A stretch of 59,427 nucleotides of DNA, from positions 1 through 59,427 of IMG/VR virus record IMGVR_UViG_3300027985_000562; one strand, 5' to 3'. This document shows, in pieces, positions 9,904 to 19,991 of this stretch (positions are counted from its first letter, which is position 1; every line of letters begins with the position of its first letter). The notes under the pieces are model-generated. The model was not told the DNA's origin and did no database searches. It saw only the letters and a program-made list of their open reading frames with translations. The position numbers were made by a program, and so were the translations under genes. This stretch comes from a virus (Duplodnaviria; Caudoviricetes).

Positions 9904-10890
9904 GTGGACATTAACGAACTCGACACAGTAATGGGAAGCGGCGATATGGACGCGCTGGAAAAGATGCTCGACGAGATCGGAGAAATTGAGATCGACGACG
10001 ATTTACCGGCAGACCATGAGTTGCAAACCAAAAATACCGACGCTGAAACCAACAATGAACCAGCAGGAAAGGGCGAACAAACCGCGCCGCCAGCGGCTGA
10101 TGGGGATGGTGGGGAAGGCAATCCGGGGGACGACACCGGCAAGACTGATGATGACGGTAAGGTAGTTCTGTCAAAAGACGGTAAACACGCCATTCCGTAT
10201 GAAGTTCTCAAGCAACACCGCGATCGCGCAAACGCGCTGGAGCAAGAGAATCAACAGTTGCGCGTAATCAAGGATGAACGTGACCGGCTTCAGGCGCTGC
10301 TTGATAAGCACCAGATCGACGTTAACGCGGGCGATCTGGAAAACATGAGTGATGAGGCGCTGGCTGAAATCGCTGATGAATTCCCGTTAGTTGGCAAAGG
10401 GTTTACAAAATTGTTTTCTGAAATCAATCAGTTAAAACAATTAGTGAAACCAGCGCAACCTGACAGCGGACTCAGTGTTATACGCAGCATCTTTGAAAGC
10501 ATTCCTGAACTGGTGGACTGGGAAAACAATAACCCGGACCGGATGGATTATGTCAAAGGCGCTGATAAGGCGCTGATGGATGATCCACTGTGGAGTCAAA
10601 AACCTGTCCGCGATCGTTTTCTTGAAGCTGTACGCCGCACCAATGCTGCTTTCGTGGAAGTGGCACCAGTGCAACGCCAGCAACAGGAACACAAACAAGA
10701 GAAACCTGCAGCCAAAGAGAAAGACCCGCTGCCTAACAGCCCGTCTGAGATCGGTAACGGACTCCGTGAAACCGCTACGCGCGGCACGCAAGAGTATTAC
10801 GCCAACCTGTCTCCAGAACAACTGCAGGCTGAGATGTCAAAAATGTCCCAAGCGGACTACGACCGTCTGCTTGAGTCATTCGACTTGTAA
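9904..10890 (+). CDS. Putative capsid scaffolding protein
   Basis: Acidic low-complexity N-terminus, VLSKDGKHAIPYEVL motif and coiled coil, directly upstream of the major capsid gene as in 933W-like phages. GAGG RBS favours GTG 9904. Confidence 0.75.
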   Translation: MDINELDTVMGSGDMDALEKMLDEIGEIEIDDDLPADHELQTKNTDAETNNEPAGKGEQTAPPAADGDGGEGNPGDDTGKTDDDGKVVLSKDGKHAIPYEVLKQHRDRANALEQENQQLRVIKDERDRLQALLDKHQIDVNAGDLENMSDEALAEIADEFPLVGKGFTKLFSEINQLKQLVKPAQPDSGLSVIRSIFESIPELVDWENNNPDRMDYVKGADKALMDDPLWSQKPVRDRFLEAVRRTNAAFVEVAPVQRQQQEHKQEKPAAKEKDPLPNSPSEIGNGLRETATRGTQEYYANLSPEQLQAEMSKMSQADYDRLLESFDL

Positions 10891-10907
10891 TTAATTTCCA
10901 AATAACG

Positions 10908-10932
10908 AACCCGCCAAAGTGCGGGTTTTTTT
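10908..10932 (+). terminator. Rho-independent terminator
   Basis: aacccgc-caaagt-gcgggtt followed by a T-run. Confidence 0.75.
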
Positions 10933-10955
10933 ATTTCTGATTTTGGAGAATTGAT

Positions 10956-12167
10956 ATGACCGCAGTTACCAGCGCCCAAGCCAACAAAGTCCTGCAAGCC
11001 GCGCTCTTTGTTGAGTCAAACCGGGTGAAATCATTCGCAAACATGCTGACTGACGTTGCTCCGCAAGAAGCACAGCCAGAAACCAAAAACAAACAAACCA
11101 GCCACAAAGCGCCGATCGTCCGCGTCACTGACCTGAGCAAAACCAAGGGTGATGAAGTGGATATGCAGATCTTCCACATGCTAACTGGCCGCCCAACCAT
11201 GGGTGATAAAAAGTTAGCGGGCCGTCTGGAAGATTTATCAAAAGCTGACTTCCAACTGAAGATCAACCAAGGCAGGCATGGCGTGGACGCTGGTGGTCGC
11301 ATGAGCCAACAGCGTATCAAACACAACCTGAAAAAAACAGCCCGGACACTGCTGACCGGCAGCTACTACAACACCCTGCAGGACCAGTTGACCACCATTC
11401 ACTTGGCTGGTTCACGCGGTTCCTTCATGGGTGATGGTGTGATCGTGCCACTGGCAAGCGATCCTGAATTCGCTGAAATCATGGTGAATGACGTATTGCC
11501 GCCAACCTACGAGCGCCACTATTTCGGTGGTGACGCAACCAGCCTGCAAACCATTGATTCCTCAGACCTGTTCACGCTGGGTGCGGTTGATAACCTGTCC
11601 CTGATCCTGGCTGAGTTAGCGCATCCAATCGCGCCGGTTAAATTCATGGCCGATGAGATGGCAGATGAAGAGCCATGGTATGTGTTAAACGTCACTCCGC
11701 GTCAATGGAATGACTGGTACACCTCTACCAGCGCCAAAGACTGGCAGGCGATGCAGGCACAAGCCACCAATCGCAGCAAAGGGTTTAATCACCCATTGTT
11801 CCGTGGTCAATGCGCTATGTGGCGCAACATTCTGGTCCGTCAATACGGTGGCACACCAATCCGCTTCTACACTGGTGATTCAGTAACCGTATCCAACAAC
11901 GACAACGCGGCTACCACTACCACCATGACTGCAGCAACCAACATCGATCGCGCGGTCCTGTTGGGCGGTCAGGCGCTGGCAATGGCTTACGGCGCACAGA
12001 ACGGCGGCACCTTCAATTACCATGAAGAGCCAACCGACCACAAAAACAGCACAGAGATCAGCATCTCATGGATCAACGGCATGAAAAAAATCCGTTTCGA
12101 GAATCGCTTCGGCAAGATGAACGATCTGGGTGTCATGGTTCTGGATACCGCAATTTCACTGGCATAA
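10956..12167 (+). CDS. Major capsid protein (N4-gp56 / DUF4043 family)
   Basis: 403 aa; PIVRVTDLSKTKGDEV, RMSQQR, HPLF.G and IDRAVLLGGQALA motifs. Confidence 0.88.
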   Translation: MTAVTSAQANKVLQAALFVESNRVKSFANMLTDVAPQEAQPETKNKQTSHKAPIVRVTDLSKTKGDEVDMQIFHMLTGRPTMGDKKLAGRLEDLSKADFQLKINQGRHGVDAGGRMSQQRIKHNLKKTARTLLTGSYYNTLQDQLTTIHLAGSRGSFMGDGVIVPLASDPEFAEIMVNDVLPPTYERHYFGGDATSLQTIDSSDLFTLGAVDNLSLILAELAHPIAPVKFMADEMADEEPWYVLNVTPRQWNDWYTSTSAKDWQAMQAQATNRSKGFNHPLFRGQCAMWRNILVRQYGGTPIRFYTGDSVTVSNNDNAATTTTMTAATNIDRAVLLGGQALAMAYGAQNGGTFNYHEEPTDHKNSTEISISWINGMKKIRFENRFGKMNDLGVMVLDTAISLA

Positions 12168-12220
12168 CCGTGAGGCCGGGTTAACCGGCCTTCTATTCAT
12201 TTGATGGAAGGATTTTAAAA

Positions 12221-12604
12221 ATGGCTACGAAACAAGCAAGTATGTTCTTTAAACCGGTTTATCACGGTGAGGCGGGTAACTGCTCAAAAGTCGGTGGTGC
12301 TTATACGTTTGCGGCTGACGCATCCGGCACAGTTATCCAGTTGCGTCGGTTGCCAATTGGAGCCAAAGTGACCGGCGTGGAATATGTCAATGCGGCACTC
12401 GGCACCAGCGTCACGATGACCATCAGTGTTGGCGCAACTGCGCTGATCTCTGCGCTGGCAATGGCAACGGCTGGTAACGGCTATCGCCCCGTCACAGACT
12501 TGGTGCTTGATGCGGACCAAGATCTGACGCTGACCGTGGGTGGCGCTGCCGCAACGGGTGCGCTGACTGTGCGTGTGCATTACGAGTATGAAGGCAACCT
12601 GTAA
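12221..12604 (+). CDS. Putative capsid decoration/accessory protein
   Basis: 127-aa beta-rich protein immediately after the capsid gene. Confidence 0.6.
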   Translation: MATKQASMFFKPVYHGEAGNCSKVGGAYTFAADASGTVIQLRRLPIGAKVTGVEYVNAALGTSVTMTISVGATALISALAMATAGNGYRPVTDLVLDADQDLTLTVGGAAATGALTVRVHYEYEGNL

Positions 12605-12664
12605 CCAGGTTAATTAACCAATCAAGGCTCACTATCGGTGGGCCTTTTTATTGGAGTATTCCAA

Positions 12665-13093
12665 ATGGCAGAAACAATTGATCTGGTCTACGTCGGTAAT
12701 AAGCCAGAAAAAAAAGACACCATCTGTGGCACGGATTTGATTTTTCCTGTCGGTCAACCTGTACCGGTCACGGCTGATATTGCGCTCCGTTTACTGAAGC
12801 ATAAAACCGTCTGGGTGCGCTCAGATGAATACGCGAAAGTGAAGGGCGAGCAGGAAAGGTTGCAGCGTGAAGAGCAGGCCAAAGCGGCGGCGGCGGAACA
12901 GAAACGACTGGAAGAACTAAAACAAGCCTCACTGGTGGTGGAAGGGTATGGCGATCTGGGGAAACTAACCAGCGTCAAACTGAAAACCATTGTTGAATCA
13001 GAAGAGTTGGATTTAGAAGTTGCAACCGGTGAAAAGGTTGCTGATTTTGCGATCCGCGTCCGGGATGCTCTGAACGCCAAACGAGGTGAATAA
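12665..13093 (+). CDS. Virion morphogenesis hypothetical protein
   Basis: Syntenic with the 933W-like head cluster; GGAG RBS before ATG 12665. Confidence 0.6.
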   Translation: MAETIDLVYVGNKPEKKDTICGTDLIFPVGQPVPVTADIALRLLKHKTVWVRSDEYAKVKGEQERLQREEQAKAAAAEQKRLEELKQASLVVEGYGDLGKLTSVKLKTIVESEELDLEVATGEKVADFAIRVRDALNAKRGE

Positions 13094-13674
13094 TGAACAC
13101 TGTAGGTATGAGTGAGTTTTTAACTGACTTGCGGCATGTGATCACCGGTCCATTGGATGTCTGGATGGAGGCGGCGCTTTTCGATGCCTGCGTTCAGTTT
13201 TGCCGTGAAACCGAGTTGATCACACTGTATAAAGCGATCACTGACTGGGCTGCCGGACAGGAGATCACGGTCAGTGATGATTACGATCTCATTGCCTGCC
13301 AGTTAATGCGGGTGGTTGATGCCGATAACGAAAAACTGTTACCCGGTATCGACTATCACGCCACCTCTCCCAACCTGATCACTGCGCTGGTGGATATTCC
13401 CGTTGCGACCATCTGGTATGCCGCCGAGCCAAGCCGGGATGGACTGATGGCACCAGAGCTATTGCTTCAACAATACAGCAATATCATCTGTTATGGCGCG
13501 GCTTCAGCGCTTTATCTGCAGCCAGGAAAGCCATGGACCGATGTAAAACGAGCCGCCGAGTATCACGCCCGTTTCATTGAGGGCATCCGTCGTGCGTCCC
13601 GCTTCCGTAAAGAACAATCCAATGATGATCGGGTGGAATTTAGTAATCCGGTCCGCACTCACAGTTTCTATTGA
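13093..13674 (+). CDS. Putative head-tail adaptor protein
   Basis: Position, and the GAASALYLQPGKPWTD motif seen in podovirus adaptors. Confidence 0.6.
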   Translation: MNTVGMSEFLTDLRHVITGPLDVWMEAALFDACVQFCRETELITLYKAITDWAAGQEITVSDDYDLIACQLMRVVDADNEKLLPGIDYHATSPNLITALVDIPVATIWYAAEPSRDGLMAPELLLQQYSNIICYGAASALYLQPGKPWTDVKRAAEYHARFIEGIRRASRFRKEQSNDDRVEFSNPVRTHSFY

Positions 13675-13683
13675 GGTTGAGTT

Positions 13684-14361
13684 ATGGCAACCATGACGGT
13701 CAATACAGTGCTGATGCGCTGTAATACCCTGCTGAAGGATCCCGGATTTATCCGCTGGACGAAACAGGAGCTACTGGATTACTACAACGATGCGGCGCGT
13801 GCCATTGTGATTGTGCGCCCGGATGCGTACTGTAAAAATGAATCCTTTAGTTGTGTCGCTGGCACCAAGCAAGTTCTACCTGCGGGCGCGCTCCGACTCA
13901 TTGAAGTGATCCGCAATAGCGACGGACCTGCGATCCGGAACATACCGCGCAAGGCGCTTGATGATGCCGATCCAAATTGGCACCTCAGTAGTACAACAGT
14001 CAAGGTCAGCGCTTATATCTACGACGAGCGTGATCCGCATACGTTTTATCTCTATCCCGGTCCATCTGCCGCTCATTCGATTGAGGTTGTGTACTCGGTA
14101 GCGCCAGCGATCGCGTTGTTAACTGAGGTTGACGATGCGCAGTCACCGGCCATTTCCGATCTGGATGACATCTACATTAACCCACTGATTGATTTCATTC
14201 TTTATCGCGCCTATGGCAAAGACAGCGAGTACGAAGCCAACGCAACCAAATCAACAATGCACTACAACGCATTTCTTCAATTGTTAGGCGACAAAACCGC
14301 CGTAGATGAGCGAGTGGCGTCCGGCAAAAAACAAAACCAAAATCCGAGCCAGTGGGCGTAA
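13684..14361 (+). CDS. Putative head-tail adaptor protein (DUF6682-like)
   Basis: RWTKQELLDYYNDA...RPDA...GTKQVLP...FYLYP...YRAYGKDSE pattern. Confidence 0.7.
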   Translation: MATMTVNTVLMRCNTLLKDPGFIRWTKQELLDYYNDAARAIVIVRPDAYCKNESFSCVAGTKQVLPAGALRLIEVIRNSDGPAIRNIPRKALDDADPNWHLSSTTVKVSAYIYDERDPHTFYLYPGPSAAHSIEVVYSVAPAIALLTEVDDAQSPAISDLDDIYINPLIDFILYRAYGKDSEYEANATKSTMHYNAFLQLLGDKTAVDERVASGKKQNQNPSQWA

Positions 14362-14370
14362 GGGGGCATT

Positions 14371-14754
14371 ATGGCTGAATCTTTACCGGTACTGAACATT
14401 ACCATCATTGAAGGTGCTGATTATTCCCTTTCATTGACGCTGGCGGAAGATGGCGTACCAACGGATTTAACCGGTTACACGTTTCAAGCGGAGATCCGTG
14501 AGAACTACGCGGCAACTGCACCAATTCTGGTCAGCTTTACCAGCGCGATCCCGGACCCAACTACTGGCGAAGTGATCTTGTCGCTGGATGCGGCCACCAC
14601 CCAGGATCTGTTTAGTGCTTCAGATGCGAATCGAGCCAGATCACAGGTTGGCTACTGGGATGCGTTTTACCAGTCTCCATCTGGCGTACGGTCCTACTTG
14701 GTTGGCGGTCGGGTTTATTTTATCCAGACGATCACGGCGCGGGTTGAGGTCTGA
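14371..14754 (+). CDS. Tail-fiber attachment beta-sandwich protein
   Basis: I.EGADYSL...PTDLTGYTFQAEIR...GEVILSL...YWD pattern, just upstream of the tail fiber. Confidence 0.6.
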   Translation: MAESLPVLNITIIEGADYSLSLTLAEDGVPTDLTGYTFQAEIRENYAATAPILVSFTSAIPDPTTGEVILSLDAATTQDLFSASDANRARSQVGYWDAFYQSPSGVRSYLVGGRVYFIQTITARVEV

Positions 14755-14756
14755 TT

Positions 14757-17700
14757 ATGGCTATTGCGATTATCGTTCGGGAAACAACCTCAGCCCAAAC
14801 TACGCTGACGGTGAATGATAACGATTCATCTGGTTACCTGCTGGTCAAAGAATCGATCTCTTCCCTATCAACAGTCACAGTCAACACCAGTATTTCAACG
14901 GCGTCACTGGCGGATTTAGTGGCGATCCGTACGGCAGCGCAAGCCGCCAGAGTTGGGGCCGAAACAGCAGAAAGCAACGCACAGGCTTCGGCGTCGGCGG
15001 CGGCGGCTGATGCGACGAACATTGGCAACTATCTGGCTGAAGTCACCCAACAGGCGGTCTTGGCGGCTGGTTCAGCGGCAGATGCGGCGATCAGTGAAAG
15101 CAACGCGGCTGATAGCGCTGATGCGGCGGCGGCGTCAGTGGCCGGTATTGCAGCAGATGCGGCAACAGCCAGCGCGGCGGCGACAGAGGCAGAGAATAGC
15201 AAGATTGCGGCGGCGGCTTCCGAAGCGGCGGCGGCGGCGGATGTCATTATTACCCAGGATCAGGCCGACATCGCCACGGCGGCGGCGGCCAACGCGGCAG
15301 CCAGTGAAACCAATGCAGCGGCCAGCGCGGCTGATGCGACGGCTTCAGCGGTTTTAGCGGCGGCCAGCGAAACGGTCACCACCAACAATGCGGATACTTC
15401 AACCACCAATGCAAACGCGGCGATCGCTTCAGCGGCGGCGGCGGCCCTGAGTGAGTCAAATGCGGCAGATAGTGAGGCGGTAGTAGTCGCGGCGGAATCG
15501 AACGTCACCACCAAAGAAGCCAACGTGATCGCACTGGAAGCGTCTACCGTCGCGGCGGCGGCGGATGCGAACCTTAGTAAACTCAATGCGTCGTCCAGCG
15601 AAGCAGCAGCGGCAGCCAGTGAAGCAGCAGCGGCAGCCAGTGAAGCAGCAGCGGCATCCTATGCTGAAACTATTACCAATATGCCGGTGTATGGCGGCAC
15701 ATGGAATGCGTCAACCGGTGCGTATCCAGCAGCGCCAAGCCCTGAAGTTTGGCTCTACTATCGCATTTCGGTAGCAGGAGATATGAACGGCACACAGGGA
15801 ATTATCTCTGCGGCGGCAGGCCAGTACATCCACTGGGATGTCGATAATGATCTTTGGGTACTGGAAGAATCTGAACCACTGGGGGCAAACTTATCATCAA
15901 TCGCCAATCTGTCTGTGACGGCGGATAAAATGCTCGTCAGTACCGGTCCAGGCACCTTTGCTTTGACGCCTATCTCCACCTTTATCCGCGCTGTACTGGA
16001 TGATACCAGTGCGGCAGAAGTCCGTACCACGTTAGGGGTGCAGGCGTCCAGCACGCTGCTGAGTGCGTTTGCTGGTTTGGGCGCAGTCACCAATACCTTT
16101 CCGTATTTTACCAGCGTGTCGTCGATGTCACTGGCAACCATCAATAGCTATGGCCGCACCTTTTTAGGAAAGGCTACCATTGACGAGATGCGAACCTATC
16201 TGGTCGCGGCAAAAAATACCGGATGTGTCGGTGGCCTGAGTAACGTTAACGTCATGGCGAATTATCTTCTTTATGGAAATGGTAACAACACCTTCAGCAT
16301 CAGTTACTTCCCCGCCTTTGCGCGAGAACTGGTTGCCTGTAGCTCGAAAGAACAGGTTAAAACCCTGCTTGGTGCGAGCGGTAACGACAATGATATTGGC
16401 ATCGCAGGGGAGCAGGGTTTCGGCGTCGGCATTTGTCCGAATGTACCGGCTGGCTTTCTGCCGCTGGTCGGCACCTATGATATTGCCTCGGATAATTACG
16501 GCAACTACCAGTATAAAGACGGGTCTATCTGCGTCTGGATCCCGGCGTTCTATGTGCGGATTGGTCACGTCGAAAATGCAACCTATGCCACTTATGGCGT
16601 CAACTCGATTGATATTAAGCCAATCACTTTCTTTGAAAAGATCGCTGATGCTCAATATGCCGGTTATATCCTGCCGCGAGCCTTTACTGATAGCGGCAAG
16701 CAGAAAAATGGCTTTATGTTTGATAAGTACACCTGTTCGAATAATAACGGGGCGGCCTCATCGATCAAGAACGGTGATCCGCTGATTGCTTTTGCTGGCT
16801 ATGCCAACTCGTTTTCTAATCTGAATGGCTCACCGGATGACACGATTGGCGGCGCATGGGAAGCTGGCTGGACGCGGGGCGGTACATGGGGTCTGGCGAC
16901 GCGGTTCCAGTATGTGGCACTGGCGTTTCTGTCACTGGCACAGGCACAGGCCAGCACCTCCACCACAAACTGTGCGTGGTACGACGCCAGTGGCGTAATG
17001 AGTTTCCCGAAAGGCAACGTGTCTGGATTAGCCGATTACGACGATCCAACGGTGACTTTCACGTCGGATACGAATGGCTGGGGTGGCGCAAAAGCTGGCT
17101 CCGGTGTCCCTTTTGCCAAAACGACGCATAACGGCCAGAACAATGGGGTTGCCGATCTGAATGGTAACTATTACGAGATTTCACAAGGGATCTCGCTAAC
17201 CGCTTCCCAAGTGGCCGTTTCCGGCATTACCAATGCCAGTCCACCCGTGGTGACGGCGGCAGGACATGGCGCAGTGACCGGCGACTATGTGTATTTTGGT
17301 GCCGTAACCGGCATGCCCCTCATCGCTTATCGCTGGTATAAAATTACCGCGATTGATGCGGACACTTTCTCGCTGGATGGCATGGACACCACCACATGGG
17401 GTACTTATGTCTCTGGTGGCGTGGTGTCAATTGGCCGTTTCTATCTATTTCAGGACTGGGTCGGGATTGATGAACTCTACGGCGGCGGTCTTTATAGTTG
17501 GGATCACTTCGGCGCATCTGGACTGGCTGACAATTTTATTCAGTTTGATCCCGATATTCTGCCGGATACCTACATTTCCGGTACTGGAATACTGATGGGG
17601 AATGGCGCTGAACAGGTCTTTTCCAGCGACACAACCGGCAACGGCGCTGTGCTGACCTCGATTGGTTTCCCGCAAGCAAACGGGGTAAGCAGTGGCAGTG

Positions 17701-17894
17701 GCACGAATCTGTTTGGCCGCGACCGGTTTGACTGGAATACCGCGTATGGTAGCACAATACATGACGATGCCTGCTATCTCTGTGGTCTGGGCTATGACTG
17801 GAACTACCGGACGGGGATCTGGGCGGCAATCACAATGAGTTTTTCAGATTCCAGCACTGATGCGTCTTTCCGTCTTGGCTGGTATGAGGACTAA
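14757..17894 (+). CDS. Tail fiber / receptor-binding protein (Ala/Ser-rich coiled coil; C-terminal CLec/FGE-like domain with an FCCH-like insert)
   Basis: Stf-like AASE..AAAS repeats, ARTTLG-type fiber repeats, GVADLNGNYYE...SFRLGWYED terminus, and a VSGITNASPPVVTAAGHG insert. Confidence 0.85.
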   Translation: MAIAIIVRETTSAQTTLTVNDNDSSGYLLVKESISSLSTVTVNTSISTASLADLVAIRTAAQAARVGAETAESNAQASASAAAADATNIGNYLAEVTQQAVLAAGSAADAAISESNAADSADAAAASVAGIAADAATASAAATEAENSKIAAAASEAAAAADVIITQDQADIATAAAANAAASETNAAASAADATASAVLAAASETVTTNNADTSTTNANAAIASAAAAALSESNAADSEAVVVAAESNVTTKEANVIALEASTVAAAADANLSKLNASSSEAAAAASEAAAAASEAAAASYAETITNMPVYGGTWNASTGAYPAAPSPEVWLYYRISVAGDMNGTQGIISAAAGQYIHWDVDNDLWVLEESEPLGANLSSIANLSVTADKMLVSTGPGTFALTPISTFIRAVLDDTSAAEVRTTLGVQASSTLLSAFAGLGAVTNTFPYFTSVSSMSLATINSYGRTFLGKATIDEMRTYLVAAKNTGCVGGLSNVNVMANYLLYGNGNNTFSISYFPAFARELVACSSKEQVKTLLGASGNDNDIGIAGEQGFGVGICPNVPAGFLPLVGTYDIASDNYGNYQYKDGSICVWIPAFYVRIGHVENATYATYGVNSIDIKPITFFEKIADAQYAGYILPRAFTDSGKQKNGFMFDKYTCSNNNGAASSIKNGDPLIAFAGYANSFSNLNGSPDDTIGGAWEAGWTRGGTWGLATRFQYVALAFLSLAQAQASTSTTNCAWYDASGVMSFPKGNVSGLADYDDPTVTFTSDTNGWGGAKAGSGVPFAKTTHNGQNNGVADLNGNYYEISQGISLTASQVAVSGITNASPPVVTAAGHGAVTGDYVYFGAVTGMPLIAYRWYKITAIDADTFSLDGMDTTTWGTYVSGGVVSIGRFYLFQDWVGIDELYGGGLYSWDHFGASGLADNFIQFDPDILPDTYISGTGILMGNGAEQVFSSDTTGNGAVLTSIGFPQANGVSSGSGTNLFGRDRFDWNTAYGSTIHDDACYLCGLGYDWNYRTGIWAAITMSFSDSSTDASFRLGWYED

Positions 17895-17897
17895 AGC

Positions 17898-18281
17898 ATG
17901 GCAATTATCAGTTATCAAAAATGGCACGATGCAGTCACCAGCCACACACTAACGATGGAGCGTGGTGTAGATCGGGAACTCTGTACGATTGATGGCGTCA
18001 CGTACTGTTATGTCGCCACACTGCCGAAGCAGGTGGACGATGTGCCTTATATCGAAGTCACGCTGACGCCGGAACTGAAGGCGGCGATCAAAGGGAAATC
18101 ACGCCACGTACAACTGGTGAATCAACAAGTCAGGGCCAAAATTGCAGAGAAGTACAGCATCGAAGATGAGATCCAGATGTTACGTCTTGGTAATAGTTCG
18201 GAAGAGTTTCGCCAGTATTCTGATTATGTTGAATCCTGTATTGCGGAAGGCAAGGCGAAAAAAGCCAAGTTCGGTCTGTAG
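17898..18281 (+). CDS. Putative tail fiber assembly/chaperone protein
   Basis: Follows the fiber gene; VRAKIAEKYSIEDEI...EFRQYSDYVESC motif. Confidence 0.55.
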   Translation: MAIISYQKWHDAVTSHTLTMERGVDRELCTIDGVTYCYVATLPKQVDDVPYIEVTLTPELKAAIKGKSRHVQLVNQQVRAKIAEKYSIEDEIQMLRLGNSSEEFRQYSDYVESCIAEGKAKKAKFGL

Positions 18282-18328
18282 TACCGCTCTCTTTTTGACT
18301 GTTAATTTGTTATAGTATCACCCATAAT

Positions 18329-18362
18329 AACCCGCTCTCTTTCTGAGGCGGGTTTTCTTTTT
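18329..18362 (+). terminator. Rho-independent terminator
   Basis: aacccgc...gcgggtt followed by a T-rich tail. Confidence 0.7.
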
Positions 18363-18380
18363 CCCGTCCGGAAGTTATCT

Positions 18381-19991
18381 ATGCCTACGATTGATATCAC
18401 AGCTATGCTGGGTATGAAGCCCCGCATAGAGAGTTTTCTATTGCCGGATGAAAATTCAGAGATCGCTACTGATTGTCATTTTGACTCCGGGATCATTAAT
18501 CCACTGTACGGCGACACCGATCAGGCATTCGCTTTCCCTAGTGCGCCCACCACGATTTTCCGCTACACCGACGCTTTTTGGTTTGCATGGACCGGAGATG
18601 TGGACGCGATCCGTTCACCGATTGCACAGGATGATTATGATCGTGTGTATTACACGGACGGTAGTTATCCCAAAGTGACCGATAGCGCCATTGCTACCGG
18701 CGGAGCTACCAAGCCAACAGCTTACTATCGATTAGGGATCCCAGCGCCAGGATCAGCTATTACCTTTGGTACTATTACACCACCGGTGGGCGAAACAGAC
18801 GATACCAGTACGGATGATGAAAGCCGCTACTATGTGCATACCTACGTGTCCGGAAAAGGCGAGGAAGGCCCGCCAAGTCCGGCCAGCGCTGAGATCAATA
18901 TCCCCATTCCCGGTTCATCTTTAGTTCTTAATTTCCCGTCCGTTGAAGCCAACAATAATAACATTACCCTGCGCCGCACCTATCGCTCTGCCACTACAGA
19001 CACCAGTAGCGGCTGGTATCTGGTTTGTGAAACCCCGATCGCAACACTGAGTTATACCGATACTCTGACTGAGGGCGAGTTGGGGCCGGAGTTGCAGACC
19101 GAGGACTACCTGCCGCCACCGGATACCATGACTGGATTGTGTCTGATGGCAAACGGGATCGCTGCCGGATTTGATGGGAATACCGTGCTATTCTCCGGTG
19201 CGTATCTGCCGTATGCATGGCCGGAAGCCAATCGCCTGACCACAGAGGATGATGTAGTGGCGATCTGTCCGATCGGGACATCGCTGGTGGTTGGCACCAA
19301 AGGTTATCCGTACATTATGAGCGGTGTGTCACCAGCGGCCATTACCAGCCAGAAGATCGTTCTGCAGCAAGCCTGCATTAGTAAAAGGTCCATGGTGGCG
19401 GTTGATGGCGTCGTGCTGTATGCGTCACCAGATGGATTGATGGCGGTTGGTGAAAGCTCCGCATTGCTGGCAACTGAGCAGATCCTATCTCGCAAGCAAT
19501 GGCTTGCCATGCATCCAAGTACCTTGCGGGCGTGGGCGTTTGAAGGCAAGTACATCGGCCTGACGGATAACACTGGGTTTATTTACGATCCGAAAACCAA
19601 CGATTTCCGTTACTTGTCGAACTCATGGAATGCGGCCTATAACGATCTGAAAGCGGATGCGCTGTTTATTGCCAAAGGGACCGCGCTCTACACTTGGCGC
19701 TCCAGTTCAACCTATCAGTCATTCACCTGGCGCACCAAAGAGTTTATTCGCCTGCCGGGGATGAGCTATTCATGCTGCCGGGTGGTCTCGCCGGACATTA
19801 CCAAGATCGGATTCAAGCTCTATGTGGATGGCGTATTAAAGATGACGCTGGCTGCTGGCTCGGTTCCGGCGGGCGCGTTTCGCCTGCCAGCACTCCGGGG
19901 TGACATCTGGCAAATTGAGATCACCGGGACGGACAAGGTAAGCCGGATCACGCTGGCTACCTCCATGCAGGAGTTAGCGTATGGCGGTTAA
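18381..19991 (+). CDS. Putative tail nozzle/tube protein
   Basis: 536-aa beta-propeller-like protein; SRYYVHTYVSGKGEEGPPSPAS, YLPYAWP and QACISKRS motifs as in 933W-like tail proteins. Confidence 0.7.
   Translation: MPTIDITAMLGMKPRIESFLLPDENSEIATDCHFDSGIINPLYGDTDQAFAFPSAPTTIFRYTDAFWFAWTGDVDAIRSPIAQDDYDRVYYTDGSYPKVTDSAIATGGATKPTAYYRLGIPAPGSAITFGTITPPVGETDDTSTDDESRYYVHTYVSGKGEEGPPSPASAEINIPIPGSSLVLNFPSVEANNNNITLRRTYRSATTDTSSGWYLVCETPIATLSYTDTLTEGELGPELQTEDYLPPPDTMTGLCLMANGIAAGFDGNTVLFSGAYLPYAWPEANRLTTEDDVVAICPIGTSLVVGTKGYPYIMSGVSPAAITSQKIVLQQACISKRSMVAVDGVVLYASPDGLMAVGESSALLATEQILSRKQWLAMHPSTLRAWAFEGKYIGLTDNTGFIYDPKTNDFRYLSNSWNAAYNDLKADALFIAKGTALYTWRSSSTYQSFTWRTKEFIRLPGMSYSCCRVVSPDITKIGFKLYVDGVLKMTLAAGSVPAGAFRLPALRGDIWQIEITGTDKVSRITLATSMQELAYGG

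Noticed and set aside
14940-15660. GCG/GCA-rich repeats and long alternative-frame ORFs
   Set aside because: Explained by the Ala/Ser-rich tail-fiber coiled coil; the overlapping ORFs are shadows.
17700-18380. Complete diversity-generating retroelement at the tail fiber
   Set aside because: No reverse transcriptase, Avd or template repeat visible in the genome.
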